Notes under the pieces: generated by a model
The model's database searches: none
Told to the model about the DNA's origin: nothing
The model's input: only the letters and a program-made list of their open reading frames with translations
Source of the DNA: Octopus vulgaris
Lineage: Eukaryota
Assembly (NCBI GenBank): GCA_951406725.2
Contig: OX597828.1
Span: 65,968,001-66,032,000, forward strand
Length of the DNA stretch: 64,000 bases
Direction of reading: 5' to 3'
Shown here: in pieces, positions 38,251 through 50,570 of the stretch
How positions within the stretch are numbered: position 1 is the stretch's first letter
Layout of the letters: each line of letters starts with the position of its first letter
Translations under genes and position numbers: made by a program

Positions 38251-40853
38251 TCTGCCCTAGGTGTACGGAAAACCCTCGAGGAGAAATGAAAGAAAATTTT
38301 AAGAAAGAAAGAATAATAATAATAATAACAATAATAATAATGATAATAATAATAATAAGAATAATAATAATAATAAGAAGAAGAAGAATGATTTCTAATG
38401 TATAGAGAGAATCACACGATAAGATCAAATGAATCTACCTTAGTTTTTGGCTTGTGTTTATTTTATTGATTCCAGAAGGATGAAAATTATCTTCGGCAGG
38501 GTTTGAACTTGAACTGTACTCCCTAAAAAATAATAATGGCTAAATGTAAAGGTTGTCCAGAATCTTGTGGCATTGCAGATGAAAATGGAATAACTAATTT
38601 TTACAAGAAAATTGATAAAATTGATAAAATGTATTTGTTGTGATTCCACCTGTCTTTTGTTATCCTTGCAGCGACAGAAGAGGTTTCTGCTACCCACTTA
38701 ACCCGAAATGGTATTATTATCAGAACTCTACAACAACAAGGCTATCCACAAGTATTCATTGATTATGCATATTTCAAGCTTAAAATGGACGGCATAGGTT
38801 TGTATACATAATAATATTTATGGTTTCAAACTTTGGCACAAGGCCAGCAATTTGGGGGGAGGGGTAAGTTGATTACATTGACCCCAGATTTCAAATGGTT
38901 CTTATTTTATTGACCCCAAAGGGATGAAAGGAAAATTCGTCCTTGATGGGATTTGAACATAAATACGAACAAAGAGTAACTAAACATTTTGCCTGAAATG
39001 CTAGCAATTGTGCCAGTTTGCCACCTTACTACTAATAATAATAATCCTTTCTACTGAAGACACAAAACCTGAAATTTGTGAGAAGGGGATAAGTTGATTA
39101 CATTGATCTCAGTGTTTCACTGCTACTTAATTTTTCGACCCCAAAAGGACGGAAGGCAAAGTTGACCTCAGTGGAATTAGAACTCAGAACACAAAGACAG
39201 ATGAAATGTCATTAATGCTGCCATGTAGCATCGCTGTCCATGCACAGGCATCATACAATCTGCTTTTAACTCTGAGGAGAAGGCCCTTTGTTATCAACAA
39301 AGGTAGCTTTCTGAACTTTGCTCAGGTCATTCTTGTACTAGCAACTACACAGAGCATCCTCCTCCTCCACTGCTAGACAACAGAAGCTATCTACTACTTT
39401 CAAGGATCCTGTCAGACATTTGAGGAAGTCTATTTCTTGTACATTCTTCGTGTTTATTATACCTGTCATACACAGAGACTACTTTCTCTGTTAACCTTCC
39501 CATGATACTGCTGTATGTCTTGTGTCTCCATAGCTTGCATTGGATACACTATGGAATTTCTACCTTCACCTTTTCTGTATATCGAGCAGATCCAGCTCCC
39601 CAAAGGGATTAGGAATTTATCTGCTTTCCTACTTACTTGGAGTTTGGTCTTCACTAAATTAACTCTTAGGGCCTTTGATTCCAGACCTTGCTTTGACACC
39701 TGAAATTTCTTCTCTAATTCTAGTAGAATTCAGCTGTAAGAACAAGGTCATTAGCATAGAAGAGCTTTCAAGGGCAACTAGTCTTAAATTCATCTGTTAT
39801 GGCCTGGAGGACAATGATAAACAAGAGAAGTCTGAGGAACACTGCTTGGTGAACTCCTACCTGTATAATTAATTCATTGCTATACTCAGTGCTGACTTTT
39901 ACTTTAATGACAACATTCCTATACATAGCTTGTATAGTTCTCACCAACCCCTCATCTATCCCTAGCTTCTGCAATGACCACTAGATAAAGGAATGGTGAA
40001 CCCTGTCAAAGGCTTTTTCCATGTCGACAAAAACTAAGTACAGAGGTTATTTTTTGCCAAATACTTCTCCTGCAGTTGCTTTATTAGGAAGATAGCATCA
40101 ATAGTGCTTCTCCCTGGTGCAAAACTAAACTGCATCTCATCTAGGTTGACTCTCTTCCTAATTAGTTGAGCTATGACTCTCTCTGCAACTTTCATCTCCT
40201 GGTCCAGCAGTTTTATATGTATGTATGTGTGTAAAAACACCATATCTGTCTAGTGCTGTCAGATTCTCAGACCCTGCATTTCTAGCTCTTAAGCTGTTAT
40301 CAATAAAAAAATACCAAAGAGAGTTAACTCTGGACAGATTTCAAGCCATAAGAGAACTTGGCATAAGTGAACTTTAGCTTAGTTAAAATATACTTCAAAA
40401 GTCAAATTCACTGCAGTTGTCTGGGAAGAAAAAATTCTGTCATGGTAAAAGGAGTAAAAACACCATATCTGTCCATTTGCCAATATTGCTGAAATAATAC
40501 TAATGTAATGTTATATATTTAATATATCATATAATAATATTTCACCAATTATCTGCTGGTAAAGTGATGAAACAATTGTAGTATTATGCAAGAAGCATAT
40601 TTTACTCAATCCACTCTTTCTTGTTTACATCTTTATTGTGTGTGTGTGCTTGTATATATATATATATCTGTATGTATGTGTGCTGGTACCATATAAGAAG
40701 CACTTGTGCCAGTGCTGCATAAAAGGACACTTTTTAAAGTGGTTGGCATTAGGAAGGGTATCCTAAACCATACCAAAACAGAGATAAGGCCAGGCAGCTC
40801 TTCAGCCAGCCACCTACTGCCATAATGTCCAACCCATGGTAAACGGACATTAA

Positions 40854-40888
<35 letters not shown>

Positions 40889-42181
40889 CTCACACACACA
40901 CACACACAACTAGATAGAAAAACCTACTGATATGTAAGCTTTGTGCCTGTCATCATCATCATTGTTTAATGTCCGCTTCCCATGCTAGCACGGGTTGGAC
41001 GATTCGACCGGGGTCTGAGAAGCCAGGAGGCTGCACTAGGCACCAGTCTGATCTGGCAGAGTTTCTACAGCTGGATACCCTTCCTAACGCCAACCACTCC
41101 ATGAGTGTAGTGTGTGCTTTTTACAGGGGCCAGACGAGACTGGCAAATGGCCATGATCGGTCAGTGACATATACGCCAGTCAGGTGGCGCTGGCATCTGC
41201 CACGTTCAGATGGTGCTTTTCTTTTAACTTGTCACTGGCACGGGTGTCTTAACTACCATTTTCATTCAATTTTCATTTGATGTTTGTTTTAACGTACTTG
41301 ACTCAATAAGTCTCCTCAAGAACAGCGGGTCACTCTATGATCCAAGGTTAGCACACCAGGCCGTCCTGCGAGCCATGAACTCACTTCATTCGTTGGGTCT
41401 TCGAAATCACAGCATATCTCCAGAGGACTTGGTCTTTCATCATAGCCTCTGTGAGGCTCAACGTACGAAGGTCATGCTTGACCACCTCGTCCCATGTCTT
41501 CCTAGGTCTACCTCTACCCCGGATTCCTTCTTGACATTAATTTCAGTAAGTGTATCTCATTGCCAATTATGATTGTTCTCTTATTTCCATTGCTTTCAGA
41601 GAGAGAATACGCTAACGCAGAAGAACTGTTTTGTTTCATACATACGCTTCCAGGAGCTGAGGAAGCTGCTTCGGAAAGAATGAGCAACCCAACTGTTAAA
41701 AGTAAGTTTCTCTCTGCTCCTTACTCACTGCATAAGCACTGTAATTACTTGCAATGTAATATCCTAATAGCCTCATCAGGTAAATAAGGCAGTAGTTACT
41801 TATCTGAATTTTGATTTGAGTGAGGTCATTGCCAGTACCGCCTGATTGGACCCCGTGCCGGTGGCACGTAAAAAGCACCAACTACACTCTCAGAGTGGTT
41901 GGCATTAGGAAGGGCATCCAGCTGTAGAAACCCTGCCAGATCAAGATTGGGGCCTGGTGCAGAAAATTAAGGTAATATTTTATAGTTTTAAGCTAAAAAG
42001 TTTGTATTTTTCCCTTTCTTTTTTAGGTCCACATGAAACAAATTTCGTCAAATTATGTAAAGTGTGCCTTAATATGGAAGGTAAATTTATTGCACATCCG
42101 TGTGAACATTTTAACTGCTGTGTATATTGTAAAGAAAAGTTTAAGGTTTGTCCATCATGTATGGCTGATGTTACTTTCTGA
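23253..42181 (+). CDS. Inhibitor of apoptosis protein (baculoviral IAP repeat-containing; BIR-BIR-UBA-like-RING), 6 coding exons, 318 aa from ATG 23253
   Basis: join(23253-23661,29245-29387,34339-34360,38672-38797,41600-41701,42027-42181) = 957 nt, open; all introns GT-AG with matching phases 1,0,1,1,1; two Cx2Cx16Hx6C BIRs and a C-terminal C3HC4 RING. An upstream coding exon cannot be excluded. Confidence 0.9.
24165..26810 (-). mobile_element. Decayed CR1/L2-group LINE (endonuclease tail plus RT)
   Basis: SPGLDGI, PLFKKGDRTSPVNYHPVSLTS, DVVYLDFAKAFNSVPH, SGVPQESVLGPLLF, KYADGIKL, PHLEFASPVWNPY; (ATT)n tail; a 3' stub recurs at 36503-36566. Confidence 0.92.
24502..24731 (+). mobile_element. 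tRNA-derived SINE, family B, nested in the LINE with 14-bp TSD
   Basis: TSD aggtgttagacaga at 24488-24501 and 24732-24745; head ggcggcgagctggcaga, B box gagttcaaattc. Confidence 0.92.
26960..27585 (-). mobile_element. Diverged RTE 3' end carrying a Penelope/retrozyme-like insert
   Basis: RTE ORF2 end and 3'-UTR remnants; insert ~27105-27270 has cttt-CTGTAGA-a-gagc(gtag)gttc-GAAA-atGTA-aaag on the minus strand. Confidence 0.6.
27727..27858 (+). mobile_element. SINE family B, 5'-truncated
   Basis: aggtcgactttgcctttcatcctttcggggtcgataaa...ggcaataaagaaat. Confidence 0.85.
28207..28520. repeat. Second copy of the 770-1075 (Penelope-associated) repeat
   Basis: gtggtctgctaccacaacagctcctttataggatccagttagctcaagacatcatcaggagg is shared. 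Confidence 0.9.
28740..29115 (+). mobile_element. tRNA-derived SINE, family A
   Basis: Full copy ending in (gtaaaaga)n; matches 58572-58962. Confidence 0.9.
29245..29387 (+). CDS. IAP exon: C-half of BIR2
   Basis: cttcttcAG|; GKGDKVQCFHC..RWDPNDDVNIEHCRLSKDCVF; |GTAAGT. Confidence 0.95.
29415..31044 (+). mobile_element. Full-length Tc1-family (DD34E) transposon with IR/DR termini; transposase inactivated
   Basis: TA on both sides; ~224-bp TIRs starting cagttg; single-frame transposase 29757-30773 (GRPRK, FRDESK, MVWG, QDNAPCH, SPDLNPIE) with stops at 29853, 29946 and 30261. Confidence 0.95.
31752..31965 (+). mobile_element. SINE family B variant (diverged)
   Basis: agctggcag...gagttcaaatt...gcctttcatccttttggggttgataaaataagt. 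Confidence 0.75.
31976..32292 (-). mobile_element. RTE LINE 3'-end copy
   Basis: (ATC)n tail and consensus. Confidence 0.85.
32539..32800 (-). mobile_element. RTE LINE 3'-end copy
   Basis: (ATC)n tail and consensus. Confidence 0.85.
34339..34360 (+). CDS. IAP 22-nt microexon (KCQPGTT)
   Basis: tttattttcAG|aaatgtcaaccaggcacaacag|GTAAGT; converts phase 0 to phase 1 as the flanking exons require. Confidence 0.7.
34400..34780 (-). mobile_element. Diverged RTE-like LINE 3' fragment
   Basis: RANGVRWAYGHVLRR...GARKRGR; (ATC)n tail. Confidence 0.7.
35175..35333 (+). mobile_element. RTE LINE 3'-end copy
   Basis: Consensus ending ggacgttaaacgatgatg. Confidence 0.8.
37725..38215 (+). mobile_element. 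Unclassified ~490-bp retro-like repeat embedded in (TAA)n
   Basis: Flanked by (AAT)n; inverted partial copy at ~36158-36300. Confidence 0.6.
38672..38797 (+). CDS. IAP exon: UBA-like helices 1-2
   Basis: tgtcttttgttatccttgcAG|; (A)TEEVSATHLTRNGIIIRTLQQQGYPQVFIDYAYFKLKMDGI; |GTTTGT; 126 nt, phase 1-1; not in the ORF track. Confidence 0.85.
38820..39210 (-). mobile_element. Two adjacent diverged SINE family B variants
   Basis: ggtttcaaactttggcacaaggccagc... and cgaccccaaaaggacggaaggcaaagttgacctc; related copies at 32818-32980 and 50590-50795. Confidence 0.7.
39212..40212 (-). mobile_element. Decayed copy of the RTE LINE RT region
   Basis: IKLLDQEMKVAERVIAQLIRKRVNLDEMQF, QVGVHQ, LRVNLVKTK; homologous to 19700-20740. 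Confidence 0.9.
40680..40888 (+). mobile_element. Diverged RTE 3'-end copy
   Basis: ggttggcattaggaaggg...acggacattaaatgatgatg. Confidence 0.7.
40950..41530 (-). mobile_element. RTE LINE 3' end (ORF2 end plus 3' UTR)
   Basis: (ATC)n tail, consensus and GRPRKTWDEVV-type coding remnant. Confidence 0.85.
41600..41701 (+). CDS. IAP exon: UBA-like helix 3 and linker
   Basis: ccattgctttcAG|; (E)REYANAEELFCFIHTLPGAEEAASERMSNPTVK; |GTAAGT; 102 nt. Confidence 0.85.
41811..41962 (+). mobile_element. RTE 3'-UTR fragment
   Basis: gtgccggtggcacgtaaaaagcacc...ggcatccagctgtagaaa. Confidence 0.85.
42027..42181 (+). CDS. IAP terminal exon: C3HC4 RING finger
   Basis: tccctttcttttttAG|; LCKVC...HPCEHFNCCVYC...VCPSCMADVTF*. 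Confidence 0.92.
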
Positions 42182-42727
42182 AAAAAAGAAGCAGATCTAT
42201 GCTAAGTAGCAATTTGAACACTGACATGTAAATTTTGATGAACTGATGGAATCCTTAAATATAAATTTAAACAATAATTATGGATATAAAATTGCTACTT
42301 CTCCTTTTTGTTAATCCTCCTGTTTGTCTGTTTATGACTTTGTTCAAAGGAATCTTATTTACTTTTATCAATCCACAGAATATCTTTGCTTTTATGGTTT
42401 CTGAGTTTTTAACTTCTCCTAAAATAATTAGAGGTGTATGCCTGATCTTCTTGAACCTACCTTTTCACAGAAAACGATATTAAAAAATGACTTAAGATAT
42501 AATTTAGCATAAAATTTGCTGTTACATAAGTATAACAATAGTCCACTAAATTTTGTAATTTTTTGTTTTATTTATATTAAATGTATTTTTCCAAATGATG
42601 TTTCTTGAAAAATTTTATTATGATTAGAAAATGAAGTATAAAATTTAGCATTAGTCAAGTTGAATACAGCTAAATCATGTTTATATTAAATACATTTTCA
42701 AATCTTTAATATTTATTTCTTAATTTG

Positions 42728-42809
42728 AATAAATTATTGTGTATGAAAACCAGTTCATATTTGATAACGACAAAAGTTTTGTATTAGTGAAATTTTAATT
42801 TTTAATAAA
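42728..42809 (+). terminator. Candidate poly(A) signals of the IAP gene
   Basis: AATAAA at 42728-42733 and 42804-42809 in AT-rich sequence; a U/GU-rich tract follows. Confidence 0.35.
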
Positions 42810-42891
42810 GAAAATTCATTAGATAGTTGAATATACAGGAGTTTGTGAACTTACAAATTTTTAATGTGAAAGTAAATTTTTTGTTGTTCCA

Positions 42892-44370
<1,479 letters not shown>

Positions 44371-45971
44371 AATGCTATATCTTGGGTACATTTGATAAAT
44401 ATATTTGTTTTTTATATTTTATTCATTTATATTTAATTTTCATCTCTATAATATGGTTTGTATATTATGACCTATATGACACAGAAACACACACATACAT
44501 ACACGCACATACATGCACACACACATACACACACATGGATGTTCACTTAGTTTTTCTAGTATATTAAATGTTTCCTTTCATCTTTCACTGTCTTGTGGGG
44601 TCTTTTGTGAACAAAAGATGTTTTCATCATTTATTGGATACTATACTGTTGACATGTGTACATCTGTAAATCTGTAAATTAAAATCGAAAACTACTTTTC
44701 AAATTCAAAATGCATTTAAGCTTTGCAGATCTTTTATTAATTTTATGTTTGTTATAATAAATGTGAAAAAAAAAAGAATTTTTGTTACTGTAATACAGGC
44801 TATTTAACATGTTGTGACATAAACCAGCTTGTGTATGTTTTCATGCATGAAAGAAAATGATTCAAAATTATGTCATGCAATTTTGTTGTGATAATAGAAA
44901 ATAAATTTTACGTGAAGTCTTTTTTTTCCAATTAGATGAGTTCTAAAAAATGGGTTGCTTAAATAAAAATTTTATGGAATTGATTTGTTCTGAATTAACT
45001 TTCTGTTTAATTCATTGACGACAACTACTACTACTACTACTACTACTACTATTTCTACTGCCGCTCTACTGCAACAACAACAACATCAACCTCAACAACA
45101 AGAAGCTAGTACATGGTAATTTAATTAGCCAGAGTATTATCTTGAAATTTGGTGACAAGTCTCTTAAAATCACAAGAATCTTGTTTAGGATTCTTATAGA
45201 ATATAGGATGGTACTTTTCTGCAGGTTGACAATGTCAGTCTTGATTCCAATCTCTTTCAGTCTTTTAGGTAGCATTTTGGGTGTTGTGCCAGGTGTACCA
45301 ATTACCACAATTACCACATGAATAACTGTTGTCTTAGTCTTCCGCAGTCTCTTCAGCTTTCTGGCAACATCCTGATATTTCTCAATTTTTTCAATTTCTT
45401 TGGTATTCATTCTGTTACCATAGAGAATTGCAAAGTCTTTGATCTTACACTGTTTATTTTATCCCCTGTAATCATATCTTGTCTACTTGCTTCAATAGTA
45501 TGGTCAGTATTTATGGGGAAGTCTCGTAAGATCCTGCAATTCTCATTCTTTGTCACAGCTACTGGTTTGTATTCATGCCACTTTCCTGTCATTTCGAAGC
45601 CACACACTTGGCTAACATCCCATTGCTCTCTTTTACCTATGTAGTCATGCCTGTGCTTACACTCATTTTTATGCTAGCTTACTGCACTTACTCAAGAAAT
45701 GATTGATACTTTTGTTTCACTTTCCTGCATACTCTTCATTTGTGGTCTGACTAATTTTTATCTCCTCGAAACTCTACCAGAAGTCTTTCTCCTTGAACCC
45801 CTACCAGAAGTCTTTCTTCTAGTATCTCTATCAGATACCTTATATGCAATGCTCTCTCCCCCACTTCCGTCTCTATCTAGTGGCTATCTCCTGATAAACG
45901 TAGCAAATGTGAAGTGAATAAAATGATGGTGAAGTAAATGCAGGTTATAACTTATTTGTCTTTCTACTATT

Positions 45972-46465
45972 TGTCTGCCAAAAATAAACCTCTGTACCTG
46001 GCTTTTGTTGACATGGAAAAAGCCTTTGACAAGGTCCCCGGCTCCTTTATCTGGTGGTCAATACAGAAGCTAGAGGTAGATGAGTGGTTAATGAGTGGTA
46101 CAAGCCATATACAGGGATGTTGTCAGTAAGGTGAAGATTGGCAAAGATATATAGCAATGAATTCAGTGTACAGGTAGGCATTCATCAGCACTCAATTCTC
46201 AGCCTCTTCATGTTTATCTTAGTCCTCCAGGCCTTAATAGAGAAATTCAAGACTGGCTGTCCCCAAGAGCTCCTCTACACTGATGACCTTGTTCTTGTAG
46301 CTGAATCACTACCTGACCTAGAGAAAAAATTTCAGGTGTAGAAACAAGGTCTGGCGTCTGAGGGCCTTGGGCTTAATTTAGCAAAAACCAAAGAGTTAGT
46401 AAGAAAACAGACAAATCACAAACCCCTTCTGGGAGATGGCCCTGCTCACTATGTAAGAAGGGTGT
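45972..46465 (+). mobile_element. RTE LINE RT fragment
   Basis: AKNKPLYLAFVDMEKAFDKV, KTGCPQELLYTDDL. Confidence 0.9.
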
Positions 46466-46825
46466 TGATCTAACATCTGCTCTTCAGATGATGATGATGA
46501 TGATCCTAATATCTTGTTCCTGAGCAGCTATAATTAGCGCTTCGGTGTCTTGTTTCAGGTTTCCATCATCCAACATCCAATGTTCTCAGTTTATTGTATG
46601 AACTGGTCATGTAATTCCATTTCTTCCCATTTGCTTGCTCTGCTCTTCTTTTTCTTCTTGAATCCTCCAACAGTTTCAGTAACATTTTGGGCATCTCCAG
46701 CTGCTGATAGTATTCAGCACAACATAATTTTTTCAATTCCAATATCATTTGTACTGTTTAGTAATCCTCTGCCTCCTTCCTTTCTTCATAGATAGAGTTT
46801 GTTGGTATTACCTTTAGGGTAGCAT

Positions 46826-47098
46826 AAGGCGGCAAGCTGGCAGAACCGTTAGCACGCCGGATGAAATGCGTTTGTCCTCTCTGTGTTTAGCCCTTTGTGG
46901 GTAGTAAAGAAATAGGTATTTCGTCTGCCGCTACGTTCTGAGTTCAAATTCCGCCGAGGTCGACTTTGCCTTTCATCCTTTCAGGGTCGATAAATTAAGT
47001 ACCAGTTATGCACTGGGGTCAATATAATCGACTTAATCCGTCTGTCTGTCCTTGTTTGTCTCCTCTATGTTTAGCCTCTTGTGGGTAGTAAAGAAATA
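46826..47098 (+). mobile_element. SINE family B with 22-bp TSD and an internal copy of its own 3' end
   Basis: TSD ggtattacctttagggtagcat at 46804-46825 and 47099-47120; 3'-end piece at 46871-46914. Confidence 0.92.
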
Positions 47099-48249
47099 GG
47101 TATTACCTTTAGGGTAGCATGCATTGTGCATTGCAGGCAGCTTTTAAGTTCTTCTGTCCAAGTTCTGTAGATCAATCATTGTCCATTTCAGAAACGGAGC
47201 AGAGTATCTTAATACTGGCATAACCCTTTGTATTTATTGCTTTAACGATATTCCCTTTGTTTAATTTTGTTTTGAGCACCTTCCTAATTCTCTCTCCTTT
47301 TTTTACTCTCAAGAGATTACCTCTCTCGTTTCTCCTTCCATTATCCTAGTGTCTTGCATCACCCCTCAGTATTTGTATCCATCATTATTCCAAGCGATCT
47401 AATGATGTTGCCTTGTGGTAATCTTATGTCATCTGAGTTTACCTTTTAGCCTCTCTTCATAATTAGTAGTGCACACTTACTCCAGTTTGCATGCCAATAT
47501 CCTTACTGAACACTCTTAGTGTTTGGATCAAGGAATCCAGGTCTTTCTCATATTTTTTTTTTTTTGTATATAATTTGAGGTCATCCATATAAAGCAGGTG
47601 ATTTATTTTCACCTTGCTTTTGGTAAACCCATAGGGAGGCCTGGAGTTTCTCAGTATGCTTGTCAGAGCGATTAATGCAGCAATAAAGAGTAGCAGAGGG
47701 AGCAGGTCTCTTTGATGGAGGGAGTAAGCTAAGTATGAAACAAACATCAGCAAAAAAGCCACCACCCACCATTACCATCATTATTATTATAGTGAAGACA
47801 CATGGCCCCGTGGTCAGGATGTTGTACTCACAATCATGAGATCATGGCTTCACTTTCTTGAGCAAAACACTTCATCTTGTGTTGCTCTGCAATCATTTCT
47901 ACACCTGATACCTTGTACACCCTGCACCTGTTCAGACAATGTCCATTTGTTGGCAGGAGTGGGCTAATGTATGGCACATACATTTCATCACTATAGACAA
48001 ATTGTTTGGGCAGGTGATTCAGCAAAAGCTAAACACTCATACGTTGTCTTTGATAGGGGAGTCTATCATTTTTATTATTTTACCAGAAATGGAGGAACTA
48101 TATTGAAAATATTTTTAAAGGCCCTCTCTGGCTGTTGAGGTCAATGTAATTAATCCTGCAATACTAAGTGAAAAACATGGACAGATTGTTAGTCATAAAA
48201 AGTTGCAGATCTACATAGAAAGAATTAAATATAATATTTAATGCATCTG

Positions 48250-48781
48250 TGCTAGCAGGGTGCAAAGAGCACCATACAAGTGTGATCATTGACAGAGCGG
48301 CTAACGGGCTTCCGTGCCAGTGGCACTTAAAAGGCACCATTTGAGTGTGGTCGTTACCAGTGTTGCCTTACTGGCACTCGAGCCCTGTGCTAGTAGGGTA
48401 TTCAGAGCACCATCCAAGCGTGATCGTTGCCAGAGCGGTTGTCTGGCCTCCGTGCCGGTGGCACGTAAAAGGACTCCATTCGAGCATGATCATTACCAGC
48501 ATCGCCTTACTGGCACCTGTGCCGGTGGCATTTGTAAAAGATTCGAGCAAGGTCGTTGCCAGTACCGCCTGACTGGCCCCTGTGCTGGTGGCACGTAAAA
48601 GCACCCACTACACTCACTGTGTGGTTGGCGTTAGGAAGGGCATCCAGCTGTAGAAACTCTGCCAGATCAAGATTGAAACCTGGTGCAGCCATCTGGTTCG
48701 CCAGCCCTCAGTCATTTGTCCAACCCATGCTAGCATGGAAAGTGGACGTTAAATGATGATGATGATGATGATGATGATGAT
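48250..48781 (+). mobile_element. RTE LINE 3'-end copy with multiple hairpin modules
   Basis: Consensus, (GAT)n tail and repeated gtgccggtggcac modules. Confidence 0.85.
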
Positions 48782-49669
48782 AAAGGGTTAATCATCGAAA
48801 AGAACCAGATTCAGTCAATTGATTGGAGAGAAATTTGCATTAAATTTACCTCATCTCACTGACCTATTGATGAAGTTGATATTCCCAACTTGTCTCTCCA
48901 GGAAGACATTCAAATGTTTTTGCAAAATGGAAAAATAAGTGAGAAACTGATCTGTTGCTAATGTATTCCGTGCCATTTCTTTCTCTTCAAACTTTTTCAG
49001 AAATCCCCTGAAACTGCAAACCTTACCAAAAGTACCTTTCTTGAAGATCTAGAAAAAAGTTTGTGATAGCCTTAGGTGTAAATATCTCCCTGGTGTTACA
49101 GATAAAAAGTACAATTGGGTACAATTACAATATTAAAGATCACAGATCTTTAATGTTGTAATTCTACAGATTTTCTATAGAAATTTTAGCCAGCACTGAT
49201 TTTATTACAATGTTTTGTGTCCAATACTCCTGATGTAAACAACAATGAGAACAACGACAGAAAATAGGTAATGGGTATGTCATATATACTCATTACTCAT
49301 TTTTCATCTTCAATCTCGTTTTTTACATCAGGCAATCTTGAATACGAAACATAACAAAATCAGTGTTGGCTGTAATTTCTATAGCAAATTTGTTGAGATA
49401 ACCTTAACAAGTGATGTAATAGCACTACTAACACAGTATTGACTTATAAAAACATTTAATGTACTATGGAGATTATTATGGTTGCATAGCTAAATATGGT
49501 GTCCCTACAGATCATTAATTTTAATGATGTTTTGCGAGAGTTAAGAGAAGAAATTATTTATATGAAAACTGATAATACTTTGAAAACACTGTTTCTGCAT
49601 TTTAATTTACAAAGCTTTTGGAGTGAATTTGTATCTGCTCAGTGTTATCCAAACTAGTCAAAGAAAGTA

Positions 49670-49950
49670 GCGCCGCCTTGACTGGCTTCTGCGCCAGTGG
49701 CACGTAAAAAGCACCAGTCGATCGTGACCGTTACCAGCTTCTCCTGGCACCTGTGCTGGTGGCACGTAAAAACCACCCACTACACTCATGGAGTGGTTGG
49801 CATTAGGAAGGACATCCAGCTGTAGAAACACTGCCAGATCAGACTGGAGCTTGGTGCAGCCTCTTGGCTTCCCAGACCCCGGTCAAACCGTCCAACCCGT
49901 GCTAGCATGGAAAACGGACGTTAAACGATGATGATGATGATGATGATGAT
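49670..49950 (+). mobile_element. RTE LINE 3'-end copy
   Basis: Consensus and (GAT)n tail. Confidence 0.85.
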
Positions 49951-50254
49951 TTTAGCTCAAAATTATCATCATCATCATCACAAAAATTGTTTTCTGCTTT
50001 AACAAGTATACAAATGAAATAAAAAATTTGTTTCCAGGTGGAAGATGATATGTAACTTGTCTAGACAAGCATTTGACCTGGAATCAATGGGTTTGTCAAT
50101 AAACATAACTGACACTATTGTAGGTTTTATTTCTGCATATATTTTACTTATGATTAAATCCGCCAAGACTACAGCTGCATGCTTAAAAGTAAGTAGCAAC
50201 CTTTCTATTTAATAAATTTATGATTTTAAAAGTAACAAGTATATCTAACACAAC

Positions 50255-50570
50255 GGGTAGTGTCAGAGCTATGCCGTCGGGAACTACTGTTCCTGGTAGG
50301 GCCACCCAAGGCGGATTGGTCTGACACCGAGTGGTATTAGGGCCACAATCCGGCAGACGGGGCTCTGGTGAAAATCCTCGAAGTGTCTGCTTCTGCAACT
50401 GGCTGTTCCTCGATCATTCTGTCCCTGCGTCTGCGGACAATCTGCGGCAAACAGGATGTCTCCACATACGGGATTGTTGGGGACCGCTTGTGAAATCCAC
50501 ATATTCCCATGAAACTTCTTCCATGAGTAGAAGAAGCCGACTCAACCCGCCCAGGGTGAATGTCGCTACA
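50255..50570 (+). mobile_element. GC-rich structured segment resembling an RTE LINE 5' UTR
   Basis: gagctatgccgtcggg..cctggtagggccacccaaggc recalls RTE (Expander/Rex3-like) 5' UTRs, from memory; stem gtgtcaga/tctgacac. Confidence 0.4.

Larger units (their letters stand above)
45060..47730 (-). mobile_element. Fragmented R4/Dong-like (REL-endonuclease) LINE
   Basis: KINHLLYMDDLKLY (RT), ILRDFPINTDHTIEASRQD and KIEKYQD..VVIGTPG (REL domain); microsatellite at the 3' end; interrupted by RTE and SINE insertions. Confidence 0.75.
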
